A DNA stretch of 64,000 nucleotides from Bacteroidales bacterium (GTDB lineage: Bacteria; Bacteroidota; Bacteroidia; Bacteroidales; JBDKHP01), in NCBI GenBank assembly GCA_965230435.1, contig CBDDLB010000004.1, positions 836,634-900,633 on the forward strand, given 5' to 3'. Positions 1 through 8,514 of this stretch are shown here, in pieces. The notes beneath the pieces are model-generated. The model was not told where the DNA came from and made no database searches. It saw only the letters and a list, made by a program, of their open reading frames with translations. Each line of letters starts with the position of its first letter. The first letter of the stretch is position 1. The translations under genes and the position numbers were made by a program.

Positions 1-165
1 GGCTAAAGCTTCGGCCATTGTTTCAGTTTCGATAGTGGTTCCCATTGGATTTAGCTTATAAGGCACACCACTTTCGCGTATCATTGCTATTACTTTGGAT
101 ACATAGGCACTAACGCTAGTTCCTTTGTCGGTAGGAAATATAGAGAAGTTTAACAATACAGACAT
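1..165 (-). CDS. MTH1187/YkoF-family (DUF77) thiamine-binding protein, N-terminal part; gene runs off the window edge
   Basis: Own translation of the minus strand from ATG at 165-163: MSVLLNFSIFPTDKGTSVSAYVSKVIAMIRESGVPYKLNPMGTTIETETMAEALA. This is the typical N-terminus of the family. It is absent from the ORF track because the window edge truncates it. Confidence 0.7.
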   Translation of the reverse strand, partial: MSVLLNFSIFPTDKGTSVSAYVSKVIAMIRESGVPYKLNPMGTTIETETMAEALA

Positions 166-170
166 AAGCA

Positions 171-223
171 TTTCGGGTTAAATTCGGATTTTACTTTTGC
201 TAAAATCTGAATTTAACCCGAAA
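171..223 (-). terminator. 22-bp inverted repeat (hairpin) about 50 nt downstream of the 937-aa gene; no clear U-tract
   Basis: tttcgggttaaattcggatttt (171-192) pairs with aaaatctgaatttaacccgaaa (202-223) with one G-T position; 9-nt loop. Confidence 0.45.
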
Positions 224-272
224 CAGTAAAGGCCAAGCCTCTGTATTTTGAAAATACGCAGAACGTATCTGA

Positions 273-3086
273 TTATTTCCGTCCTTTCTTCTTCCCTTTT
301 TTACCTTCTTTCTCGTCCTCTTCCACAGGACCAAAGGACTCACTGTATTGCGACAGATCCCAAGTTTCTTCTGCTGTCCAGCCTTCTTTAATTTTAATAA
401 CAGTTCTGTAACGGTACATCCGCTCTGGCTGACGTTTTTCAAGGAAATTACCACTGTCCCACTTACTGTTCTTATTTCTATCTGCAAAAACGCGTAGCTG
501 ATAATCGCCCGGCTCAAGAAGTTCGATTGTCAGGTTGCTCTCCGTAATAGTTCCTATGTGACGTACAAGTGCTTCTCCCTGGCTGTCCATTACTTCTAGA
601 ATGGCATTTTCAGGATAATTCGACAGTTCTAGCTCAAGAATACCATACTCGTCGTCGGTTTTCATCTGAAAATCGATACTCACACTATCGTTATAGGTTT
701 GCCAATATGTATTGAAAGCCATTGAGTCTAAGCGAATTCTATACTCCTTTTCAGGAGCAAGGTCGGCACGCAACCAGAATTTCCGCATTTGTTCTTTGTC
801 TTTCTCAATGGTAAACGGAATCTTGTTCAATGTTTTAATCTCGTATTCCCGCGCAATTTCTTCTGGCTTCTCTACTTCTTCTTTAGGAGGTAAAGACACA
901 TCGGTGCTATCCACCACAGATTTTTCAAGTTCTTCTGGATTTAGGTTCTGCAATGAATCTGGTAAAGTTATAAGCATCACTTCCTCTTCTGCAATTCGTT
1001 CTACCATCAACGAGTCTAAATACGTATACGAAAGCAACATTTGTAAGCTATCTTGCTCAATGTTATTCTTCTCAATAAGTGTTGCGCTAAATTGAGAACT
1101 ATCTGCATTAAACGAAGCTTCGAACCACTTTTGTTTCGAACGGAAGTTCATCGGTTGCAGTTCAGGAACCTTTACCAATGGCAATTCAAAATCGAACACA
1201 AGCTGTGTGGAGTCTTTTCGTATGGATTTCAGGAGAGCCTGTTTTTTGCTTTCGAAACCAATTGGCAACATCAGGGTTGTGTCGTTCCCATTTGGGAGCT
1301 TATCCTGAATTTTCACGTTAACGAAAATGTTGTTTAAAGCTGCTGTCTGCTGATTTACCCAGAAATCTATCCGTAAACTATCGTTGGTTAAGCTTCTGGT
1401 CTGTCGGGTAATCCAACCCGATTGACCAGAAAAATTCCCAGCCTCAATCGAAAACGGATTGCCTGAAATTTTATTGAAATAGAATACGCAGTGGGCTGAA
1501 TCTACCCGTTCTGCTTTTATGATACTTTGCAATGAATAAGGAATCTTTACAAATTTTCGATCCTGAACAATTGCATCATTATAAAACAAATTCGAGAAAT
1601 GTGCTTCTACTGCTATAGTATCGCGGTTAGAAACGGCAGTGTCCAAAACATGTAATTCTACCTTTCTTCTCTCGCTATCCATACTATAGTCAAACCACTT
1701 ATAGTCTTCACTTGCAGTTGAGAAATATGGCTCTTCGGGAAGTGCTCTTTCGAACCAGAAAATCAACGAATCCGGACGCGGACGCTGATATCTCAATAGG
1801 TTCTGTTTTCTAAGGTCCGTTACAGTTGAATCTTTCAGTTCGTACAGATGGATTCTTTTTTCATTGAAGCCTTCAATAATCTGTCCTGCATAGAAATATA
1901 TACTTTTCCCAAAACCTAATTGTCCACTTCCTACATTTACATCGAAGTCGATAAAGTTTGTAGAATCTACTCCCGTTTCCGGCACTTTCCAAGCTATTTT
2001 CAAGGTGTCCGTACGTGGAATCACTTGCTCTAGGCTATCCAATGTTTTGAACTCGGCACTTAACAAAAGCGTATCCTGTGAAACGAGGCTAGTGTCCGTA
2101 ATCCAGAGCATAATGGTATCGTTCGTAGGATTGGGCTCTTTGATGAACCACTCTTCGCTGGTATTTTCTACTGGCTTAATTAGCTTGACTTTTAGGTCTT
2201 CGTCTAAAAGCCGGTTGAATTTCCACTGCAACTGATGTTTACGCGGACGCTTATATTCTTCTATGTAAGGCCTACGGTGCTCTTCTTCAAACAGGAACAT
2301 TTGAATGTTGTTTGGCGAAAGCAGGGTCTGGGCATTGGTAACAACACTATCGCGCTCTCCAGATTGGCTAACCAGCGTATCGGACATTACAATGCTTTCG
2401 GCTTTTGGAATTACGATAGAATCTAGAAATGCTACTTTCTCCGTTGGCATATCGAAAAGTAGATTGCGGTTCTGATCGTGTAATGCAAAAAGATGATAGT
2501 TTGCTGGGTGCATATGAGAAATCAGGAAACGTCCTGCCGAATCTGTTTTAGCAACATAGTCTGGCTTTTGTAAATAAGGCGTTGAATCCTGCATCGTCTG
2601 GAAAACACCAACGTATACTCCCTCTACTCCCTTCAGGGTAGAAGCTTCGAACAATTGCCCTCCTATTGCCATTGTATCTATGGTTTCACCAGTAGAAAAC
2701 ACAAAAGTGAGATCTTCCATTGGGTTCCCTTCTGTGAAGTCTACAATGGCATCGGCAAACTGTAATGTGTAGGTTGTATTTTCCTTTAGCGAGTCAGGAA
2801 GTTTTACAGTGAGTTTTTTGCTCCAGATTTTCAGTTCTGGCTCCTCTTCTGTGGGAGGTGACATCACAAATTTGTTCTGGGCATTATCCAGCTTGAAGTA
2901 TTCATCAAAATACAACTTTACCTTTTTTCCATCGAAATTAGTGGTGTAGTTCAATGGTCTACTTCCTATCCAGGTAGGCGGTATACTATCTTTTTTTCCT
3001 CCTTCAAGCTGCCCAACTTGCGCACAAGAATGAAATAAATGAAGCGCCACTATGGCCAAAAGTATAATCGTCAGGTTTCTTCTCAT
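273..3086 (-). CDS. Large Ig-like-domain lipoprotein of unknown function
   Basis: 937-aa ORF. Lipoprotein-type signal LLAIVALHLFHSC. The N-terminal module GGKKDSIPPTWIGSRPLNYTTNFDGKKVKLYFDEYFKLD resembles the Bacteroidota Ig-like-domain protein family. Lys-rich C-terminal tail. Confidence 0.6.
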   Translation of the reverse strand: MRRNLTIILLAIVALHLFHSCAQVGQLEGGKKDSIPPTWIGSRPLNYTTNFDGKKVKLYFDEYFKLDNAQNKFVMSPPTEEEPELKIWSKKLTVKLPDSLKENTTYTLQFADAIVDFTEGNPMEDLTFVFSTGETIDTMAIGGQLFEASTLKGVEGVYVGVFQTMQDSTPYLQKPDYVAKTDSAGRFLISHMHPANYHLFALHDQNRNLLFDMPTEKVAFLDSIVIPKAESIVMSDTLVSQSGERDSVVTNAQTLLSPNNIQMFLFEEEHRRPYIEEYKRPRKHQLQWKFNRLLDEDLKVKLIKPVENTSEEWFIKEPNPTNDTIMLWITDTSLVSQDTLLLSAEFKTLDSLEQVIPRTDTLKIAWKVPETGVDSTNFIDFDVNVGSGQLGFGKSIYFYAGQIIEGFNEKRIHLYELKDSTVTDLRKQNLLRYQRPRPDSLIFWFERALPEEPYFSTASEDYKWFDYSMDSERRKVELHVLDTAVSNRDTIAVEAHFSNLFYNDAIVQDRKFVKIPYSLQSIIKAERVDSAHCVFYFNKISGNPFSIEAGNFSGQSGWITRQTRSLTNDSLRIDFWVNQQTAALNNIFVNVKIQDKLPNGNDTTLMLPIGFESKKQALLKSIRKDSTQLVFDFELPLVKVPELQPMNFRSKQKWFEASFNADSSQFSATLIEKNNIEQDSLQMLLSYTYLDSLMVERIAEEEVMLITLPDSLQNLNPEELEKSVVDSTDVSLPPKEEVEKPEEIAREYEIKTLNKIPFTIEKDKEQMRKFWLRADLAPEKEYRIRLDSMAFNTYWQTYNDSVSIDFQMKTDDEYGILELELSNYPENAILEVMDSQGEALVRHIGTITESNLTIELLEPGDYQLRVFADRNKNSKWDSGNFLEKRQPERMYRYRTVIKIKEGWTAEETWDLSQYSESFGPVEEDEKEGKKGKKKGRK

Positions 3087-3403
3087 ATCCTAATCGCTTA
3101 CGTAGACAAAACATTCTGCTCCTTTGCGAAGCCTCAAATATTTTGCCCCTAAATCTAATTCGGGGCAAAGTAAATAAAAGGCTACCAATTCTCTGCACTG
3201 TTTCGGGGGCTTCTTTTGTTAAAAAAAACAATAAAAGAAAAGGAATCTGTGAGTAAGTCTAAGTAGGCAATTGAAGATAAAAGCTGAAGATTTTCAGATA
3301 GTAGCACCAACAATGCCTATACTCTAGACATGGATCATTGAATCACAGAACCTCCAACCAATGACCGATGACCAATAAGCCAATGATCAATTACCTTCAG
3401 AAA

Positions 3404-4495
3404 TTAAGGCTTAAAACAAAATGCACCTGGAATAATTCCAACTTTAAACCGATCTATTTCTGTTCCATCGGGCCGAAAGCGATACACAACACCTTCTTGC
3501 ACATAATCTATGGCATCGGACACGTAAATTTCCGAGGTGTACGGATCTACATCCAAACCGTAATATCCTCCAGAATAAGTCCCTGTATACGGACTTTCAA
3601 TAAAAAGCTCTGGTTCGTCGTCCGAAAACACGGCATGGCGGTAAATGTGCCTGTTGATGTAATACAGAGTATCCCTTGTGCCGTTGAGCTTAACTTCCGA
3701 CGGCCAATCGCCCAATTCGAAACGGTACGTTTTTTCAACTTCCCCTGTTCTGGCATCAATACAGATCAGCCCTGGTGCTTCATGTCCATATGGACTTCTG
3801 TAATAACCACCATCTGTGACTGTCCATATTTTATCGTATTTATCAATGATTAAAGAAGTTGGCTGTTTCAACACTTCAATTTCGCTGACTACCTGATCGG
3901 TTTCTGTATCAATAACCAAAACTTTATTGTCGTAGCTCCAACAATTGGTAAATACAAAATTCTTATACTGAACCATTTGTTCTGTAGGATGTTGATAAAA
4001 CTGCGATTCTTTGTTATCAACATTAATTGAACCTGTGACCTCGAATGTCGTTGGGTTTACAATTGCGATCGACTTCGCATAAAGATCGGTTACATATGCC
4101 TTTGTATCGCTGATAAAATGAATATAGCGGGGAGATGTAAGCCCTGTAATTTTCCCCACATACTTAAACGTATTGATGTTGATTACATAAATTTTACCGC
4201 TGTTGTTCACCACAACATACCCTAAACTATCGCGGATAGCCATCGACTGTGCCACATCGCCCAACTGAAGAGCGTTGGCGTTATAAAAAATATCGTTATG
4301 AACTTTGCCTGTCTCCAAATCGTAATACGAAAGTGAAGCGTTGCCATACATAAAATTCCCTTCGTTGGTGATGAACACACCTTTGTTCCGTATTTTGTAA
4401 TCCGTTTTTTCAAAATCCCACAGTTCATCATCTTTCATGCACGACGAAAGCATTATGAACAAAGAGAATATAACATACTGTATTTTTACATTCAT
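3404..4495 (-). CDS. YncE/DUF5074-like beta-propeller surface lipoprotein, in the position BtuG occupies directly after the TonB-dependent receptor
   Basis: Signal peptide ending LSSC followed by MKDDE (Cys plus acidic residues, like the Bacteroidota surface-lipoprotein export signal). Motifs [20 protein letters not shown] and repeated propeller-blade-like segments. Last gene of the riboswitch-headed locus. Confidence 0.75.
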   Translation of the reverse strand: MNVKIQYVIFSLFIMLSSCMKDDELWDFEKTDYKIRNKGVFITNEGNFMYGNASLSYYDLETGKVHNDIFYNANALQLGDVAQSMAIRDSLGYVVVNNSGKIYVININTFKYVGKITGLTSPRYIHFISDTKAYVTDLYAKSIAIVNPTTFEVTGSINVDNKESQFYQHPTEQMVQYKNFVFTNCWSYDNKVLVIDTETDQVVSEIEVLKQPTSLIIDKYDKIWTVTDGGYYRSPYGHEAPGLICIDARTGEVEKTYRFELGDWPSEVKLNGTRDTLYYINRHIYRHAVFSDDEPELFIESPYTGTYSGGYYGLDVDPYTSEIYVSDAIDYVQEGVVYRFRPDGTEIDRFKVGIIPGAFCFKP

Positions 4496-4499
4496 AGCC

Positions 4500-6542
4500 T
4501 TAAATATTGAAAATTAACAATGCCATGTAATTTCTGCCCGGCATTGGGCGATAAAGAACAGAATGGTAAGTTTCGTTGAAAAGGTTGTAGACTTTTAGTT
4601 CGGCAGACAGTTTCACTCTTCCCAACTGGATTTTCTTTCCTAAAACCAGATCGTTCATAATATACGGATAAAGCCAATCGCGACGGGTTGTTTTATTGCT
4701 TGAGGTAGTGAAACGCTCGCTGTAATGATTGAACTGATAGGTAACAAAGAACCCTGCATAAGATATATTTGCGATTACGTTGCTTGAATGCAATGGCACA
4801 TACACCAATTGTTTGCCGTAAGATGCATCGCCCCAAACTTCTTTTTCTCCATAATTAACGGAAGGTGTAAAGGTGTACGTTCCTGAAAAACGATACTTCA
4901 TTTTTCCAATTCTGCCATTTACCGAAAGACGCCCCTCCAGTCCTTGAGACAACACTCTTTTTACATTATGAGGCTCCCAGAATCCTTTGTAGTTCGGAAT
5001 CCAGATTATCCAATTGTCGATATCGGAACGATAGGCGGTAAGTTCGGCTTCCAAATTTTGCCTCCTGATCCGTTTGCGGTATTCAATTCCCAGTTCGGCA
5101 CTAACGCCATCCTCGGCTAACAAATCCGGATTTCCGCCGGGCTGCCAATACAGATCGTTCAACGAAGGCTGATGATAATTCCGCGAGATATTTCCTTTAA
5201 AAATGAAATTCTTGTCTCTAATAATGCGGTAATCGAAACCAAGGAAAGGAATAAAAGGAACAAAACCATCATCAACCCAATCCTGACGGAGCATTAAGTT
5301 TAGGTTCAAACGGTTAGCAAAGCTTTTTCGAATGGAAAGAAACCCCGACACCTCTAAACGTTTTTCTTCGTAACCTGTTTTCTTGACCGATTCGTGCGAA
5401 ACTACATCGTAATAGTTGGCATTAACACTTGCTTCGATAGAAAAATCATGTGTAAAATCGTGGACAATCTCCACTGTATTGAACAAACTCTGTTCTTTAC
5501 TTCTGGAATCGATAGCCAGTGTTGGCCCTCGCCCGATCACGAAATTCTTCAGTGTATAATCCAGTTTTTTATCGGAATATCCAGACCGCAAGGTCAATTT
5601 CGATTTATCCGAAAAGTGTTTCCAGTCTACAACAAACTTGTTGTCGTGGTCGATCTGATTGTTCAGGTTAGAGTTCTCAGGCCCTTCGTAACTGGTTGGT
5701 CTGGGAATAGTGCGGTCTGCCCATTGTCCCCAATATTTTGCTGAAATGATGTTGTTCTGGCTTGGACGGTAATATACTTCCTGCAAGATTCCATATTTTG
5801 TAAAATCGGCATGATCATTTTTATCCGAAGGATTCGAGACTTCTCCCGTTTTAGTGTCGATGTCCTGTATGGATCGGTTTATGAATGGATAATCGTTCTT
5901 GGAATAATTATGATAAACCCGTGTATTGAACTGAAGCTTTTTATTTCCGCCTCCCACTTGTAAAAACTCATCGAAAGTGTTGTAACTGCCTATTCCCTGT
6001 AGATATTTTACGTTGAACTTTTTGTTCCAATCAACCCGATTGCCAATGTTAATAGAGCCTCCCAATCCTCCGCTCTGATCGGCAATGGAAGCTCCACCGT
6101 GTTTTAGGTTCAGATCGTCGATTATGTAAACAGGTATCAGCGAGAAATCGACCATTCCCAACATTGGGCTGTTGATATTTATCCCATTCCATTTCACCTG
6201 CACATGCGATGCTGCTGTTCCCCGAAACGATGCCGTTGCCAAAGCCCCCCGTCCATTACTTTTAATAAAGACAGAAGTATTTTCGGAGAGCAGTTCTGAA
6301 AGCGACGAGTTCATCTTTTCCATCAGTACCGACGAATCTACTTGGGTTTCCTTCATCCCAGCTTCTTCTTTCTTAAACAAGCGCTTCGCAAATACATCGA
6401 CAGTTTTTATCCGAAAAACAGAATCGCGCATTCCCTGCGAATAAGAATGTGAAGCAATCGTTAGAAAAAAAACAATTGCCACAATACATTTTACTTTGCT
6501 ACTTCTTAACAAAACGGACTGTTCCCTCTGCATTCGAATCAT
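4500..6542 (-). CDS. TonB-dependent outer-membrane receptor (small, BtuB-sized)
   Basis: 680 aa with a signal peptide. Plug-like region ([35 protein letters not shown]). Beta-barrel with C-terminal aromatic end ...[10 protein letters not shown]. The annotated start overlaps the upstream gene by 44 nt, so the start is uncertain. Confidence 0.85.
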   Translation of the reverse strand: MIRMQREQSVLLRSSKVKCIVAIVFFLTIASHSYSQGMRDSVFRIKTVDVFAKRLFKKEEAGMKETQVDSSVLMEKMNSSLSELLSENTSVFIKSNGRGALATASFRGTAASHVQVKWNGININSPMLGMVDFSLIPVYIIDDLNLKHGGASIADQSGGLGGSINIGNRVDWNKKFNVKYLQGIGSYNTFDEFLQVGGGNKKLQFNTRVYHNYSKNDYPFINRSIQDIDTKTGEVSNPSDKNDHADFTKYGILQEVYYRPSQNNIISAKYWGQWADRTIPRPTSYEGPENSNLNNQIDHDNKFVVDWKHFSDKSKLTLRSGYSDKKLDYTLKNFVIGRGPTLAIDSRSKEQSLFNTVEIVHDFTHDFSIEASVNANYYDVVSHESVKKTGYEEKRLEVSGFLSIRKSFANRLNLNLMLRQDWVDDGFVPFIPFLGFDYRIIRDKNFIFKGNISRNYHQPSLNDLYWQPGGNPDLLAEDGVSAELGIEYRKRIRRQNLEAELTAYRSDIDNWIIWIPNYKGFWEPHNVKRVLSQGLEGRLSVNGRIGKMKYRFSGTYTFTPSVNYGEKEVWGDASYGKQLVYVPLHSSNVIANISYAGFFVTYQFNHYSERFTTSSNKTTRRDWLYPYIMNDLVLGKKIQLGRVKLSAELKVYNLFNETYHSVLYRPMPGRNYMALLIFNI

Positions 6543-7914
6543 TAATTTTTATCGTATAAATGCCTTTTGGTAGTGCTTCTACTCTTATTGATGTTTTGTA
6601 ACCAACACTATTGGTCTGCAAAACTTTGTTACCCATAATATCGAAGATCGAAATCGTAGATTTTCCTATACCTTCAATAAAAATAGTCTCCGACACAGGG
6701 TTAGGATACACCTTAAACTTCATTGCATTAACATCTACAGCGGTGGAAATGGCTTCGTATTCAAGTTGAGCAGATACGCTGGTCTTTATTTCGGGTTTAC
6801 TGGCAAGAGAAGCAGTTAGGGTTAATTCTCCCGAAGTCGAAAATGTGAGCTGGTTATTGTTATCAACTTCTGCTGTTGACAAATTCGACGTCCAATTGAT
6901 TACTTCATCTTCAACCCGCTTTCCTTTATGATAAACAAATGCTTCGAGCTGAAAACTTTGTCCTTTTATTGTTTTGGGCAGTTCTTTTATAACGATCATG
7001 TCTAAATTGCCCGTCAATGTTTCATCTGCTTCTACATCTACAGCACCTGTGATTTCGGTTGAGACTTCGCCCAACCATCCTGCATCTGCAAGTATGGCGT
7101 TGTGTACTTTTACAAAGTGAATTACGTCTAAGCTTATGTATTCGCCATTTTCATCAACAGCCCAATCGATATCGAAAGCATCGCCACCCGAATTTTCTTT
7201 CTCTAGGGTGTACGGATTATCAGGTACTGTATATGGCGCTGCTCCCCTCAACCGATTATCAACATACCCGAACGGCTTTCTGTACGATTTAATGTACGTT
7301 GGTATGGTGCGGTCGACAGCATCAGCTATTTTTGTTCCAGAGAGGGTGTATTTTTCTTCAGGAATATCGTTGAATTCATCTACCAAAGGATAGTAAGGCT
7401 GTTCATGAAAACCGTTTTTTAGGATGAAACCTGTGTTGCCCTGATTGTCTGCCCAAGCTACATCTGCTGCTTCATCTTGCTTGGGGTTGGTGTAAGTAAC
7501 CTCGTAGTTTTTCAGCGTGGTTGAGAAGAAATAATCGCTGCCAGCCAACTCATACCAAGTGTCGTCGGGCAAACCGTTGCCGTTCTCATCTTTCATTACC
7601 GAAACAATGCCTTGCTCCGACCATTCTTCCAACGGATTACCAAATATCGTGAAATCAACACCAAACGGATTATCAGGATGATTCTCTACTGGTTGTTCGA
7701 ACTTGAAAACAACATATCCCCCAAAAGCTCCAAGACTCAATGAACCTGTTACTCCGCCAATAAGCGAATTTGCAGAGCTTTGCATTCCCCAAGGAGAAGA
7801 ATTTATGAACTGCCCGGGAGCAGGCCGATATTCCAAAACCTCCGATATGTACTGTGCTTCTGAAGCAACAGCACTAAACAAAAAAAGTAGAATGAAGCGT
7901 ATTTTTCTAAACAT
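6499..7914 (-). CDS. Secreted cell-surface protein (paralog 2) with T9SS-type C-terminal domain
   Basis: Signal peptide MFRKIRFILLFLFSAVASEAQ. N-terminal 300 aa are paralogous to 11059-12192 (VLEYRPAPGQFINSSPWG...LSLGAFGGYVVFKF...GVDFTIFGN). C-terminus KVYPNPVSETIFIEG...GIYTIKIND is T9SS CTD-like. Confidence 0.8.
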   Translation of the reverse strand: MFRKIRFILLFLFSAVASEAQYISEVLEYRPAPGQFINSSPWGMQSSANSLIGGVTGSLSLGAFGGYVVFKFEQPVENHPDNPFGVDFTIFGNPLEEWSEQGIVSVMKDENGNGLPDDTWYELAGSDYFFSTTLKNYEVTYTNPKQDEAADVAWADNQGNTGFILKNGFHEQPYYPLVDEFNDIPEEKYTLSGTKIADAVDRTIPTYIKSYRKPFGYVDNRLRGAAPYTVPDNPYTLEKENSGGDAFDIDWAVDENGEYISLDVIHFVKVHNAILADAGWLGEVSTEITGAVDVEADETLTGNLDMIVIKELPKTIKGQSFQLEAFVYHKGKRVEDEVINWTSNLSTAEVDNNNQLTFSTSGELTLTASLASKPEIKTSVSAQLEYEAISTAVDVNAMKFKVYPNPVSETIFIEGIGKSTISIFDIMGNKVLQTNSVGYKTSIRVEALPKGIYTIKINDSNAEGTVRFVKK

Positions 7915-8030
7915 GATAAATGATTATTAGCTGAGTAAGGTTGAGCTATTTTAGAAATTTATGAGTTGTGAACTGCGAAGCTCACCATGAAGAACTTAAA
8001 AATAGGTAGTGCTACCTTATGTTTGCTAAA

Positions 8031-8114
8031 GTGAATTTGGTCATTATAGACGCAAAATTTTGCGCCTGTACAGTTCCGGCAAATAGATCGTTACAAAATT
8101 TAAACACCGAAAAC
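8031..8114 (-). repeat. Copy A of an ~84-nt segment also present at 12490-12572
   Basis: gtgaatttggtcattatagacgcaaaattttgcgcctgtacagttccggcaaatagatcgttacaaaatttaaacaccgaaaac aligns with 12490-12572 at roughly three quarters identity by eye. Confidence 0.7.
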
Positions 8115-8211
8115 CATTTTCACTATAGTATAATGTTTGAAATGCCACCAATTTCTCCCAAAAGTGCTGGGTTATTAGGTTCTAATTTTATATGAATTTT
8201 TCATCATCAAT

Positions 8212-8284
8212 GTAAGCGCCAACGGTGCGGAGTCTGTTTGTAAATCGCCTGAACTAAATTTGATTACGCACCGTTGGCGCTTAC
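8212..8284. repeat. Perfect 18-bp inverted repeat with 37-nt loop in the intra-locus spacer
   Basis: gtaagcgccaacggtgcg (8212-8229) is the exact reverse complement of cgcaccgttggcgcttac (8267-8284). Confidence 0.9.
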
Positions 8285-8380
8285 CAGAATACGATAACAA
8301 TTCATCATAGGGCTTGCACCCTATACTATTAGATACCACACCTTTGGCGCTGTTGTTCAATAAAAATTAATTCACACAAC

Positions 8381-8496
8381 TAAGTAGGCGGACAATAATA
8401 GAATGATTGAATAAAAGAATAATTGAATCGTCTTTTGTTTGAAAACCAACCAATTACATCCTTAACAAAGTGAAGTTAATTATGTCCGCCTACTTA
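8381..8496. repeat. Perfect 14-bp inverted repeat with ~88-nt spacer, immediately after the stop of the DUF4465-like gene
   Basis: taagtaggcggaca (8381-8394) is the reverse complement of tgtccgcctactta (8483-8496). Confidence 0.9.
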
Positions 8497-8514
8497 TCTT
8501 TTGAAGCGCCCCGA

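Noticed and set aside
712-2426. Several 60-130-aa plus-strand ORFs (712-1095, 1053-1337, 2005-2235, 2235-2426)
   Set aside because: All are antisense to the 937-aa lipoprotein gene and have Ser/Leu/Phe-rich shadow-ORF composition. The same reasoning applies to the many short ORFs nested in or opposite bioF, the MCP, the LRR gene, the TonB receptor and other confidently called genes.
8175-8360. 61-aa minus-strand ORF within the operon spacer
   Set aside because: It spans the 18-bp inverted repeat, so both arms would be translated. It has no signal or recognisable motif and is more parsimoniously explained as chance reading through a structured element.
7915-8514. Possible second cobalamin riboswitch ahead of the second module (cell-surface paralog 2 / TonB receptor)
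   Set aside because: I read both strands for the AAGGGAA...GCCACTG...AGYCAGGAGACCTGCC pattern and found no B12 box or conserved core. The similarity to the first module is limited to the 84-nt segment, which lies outside the riboswitch.
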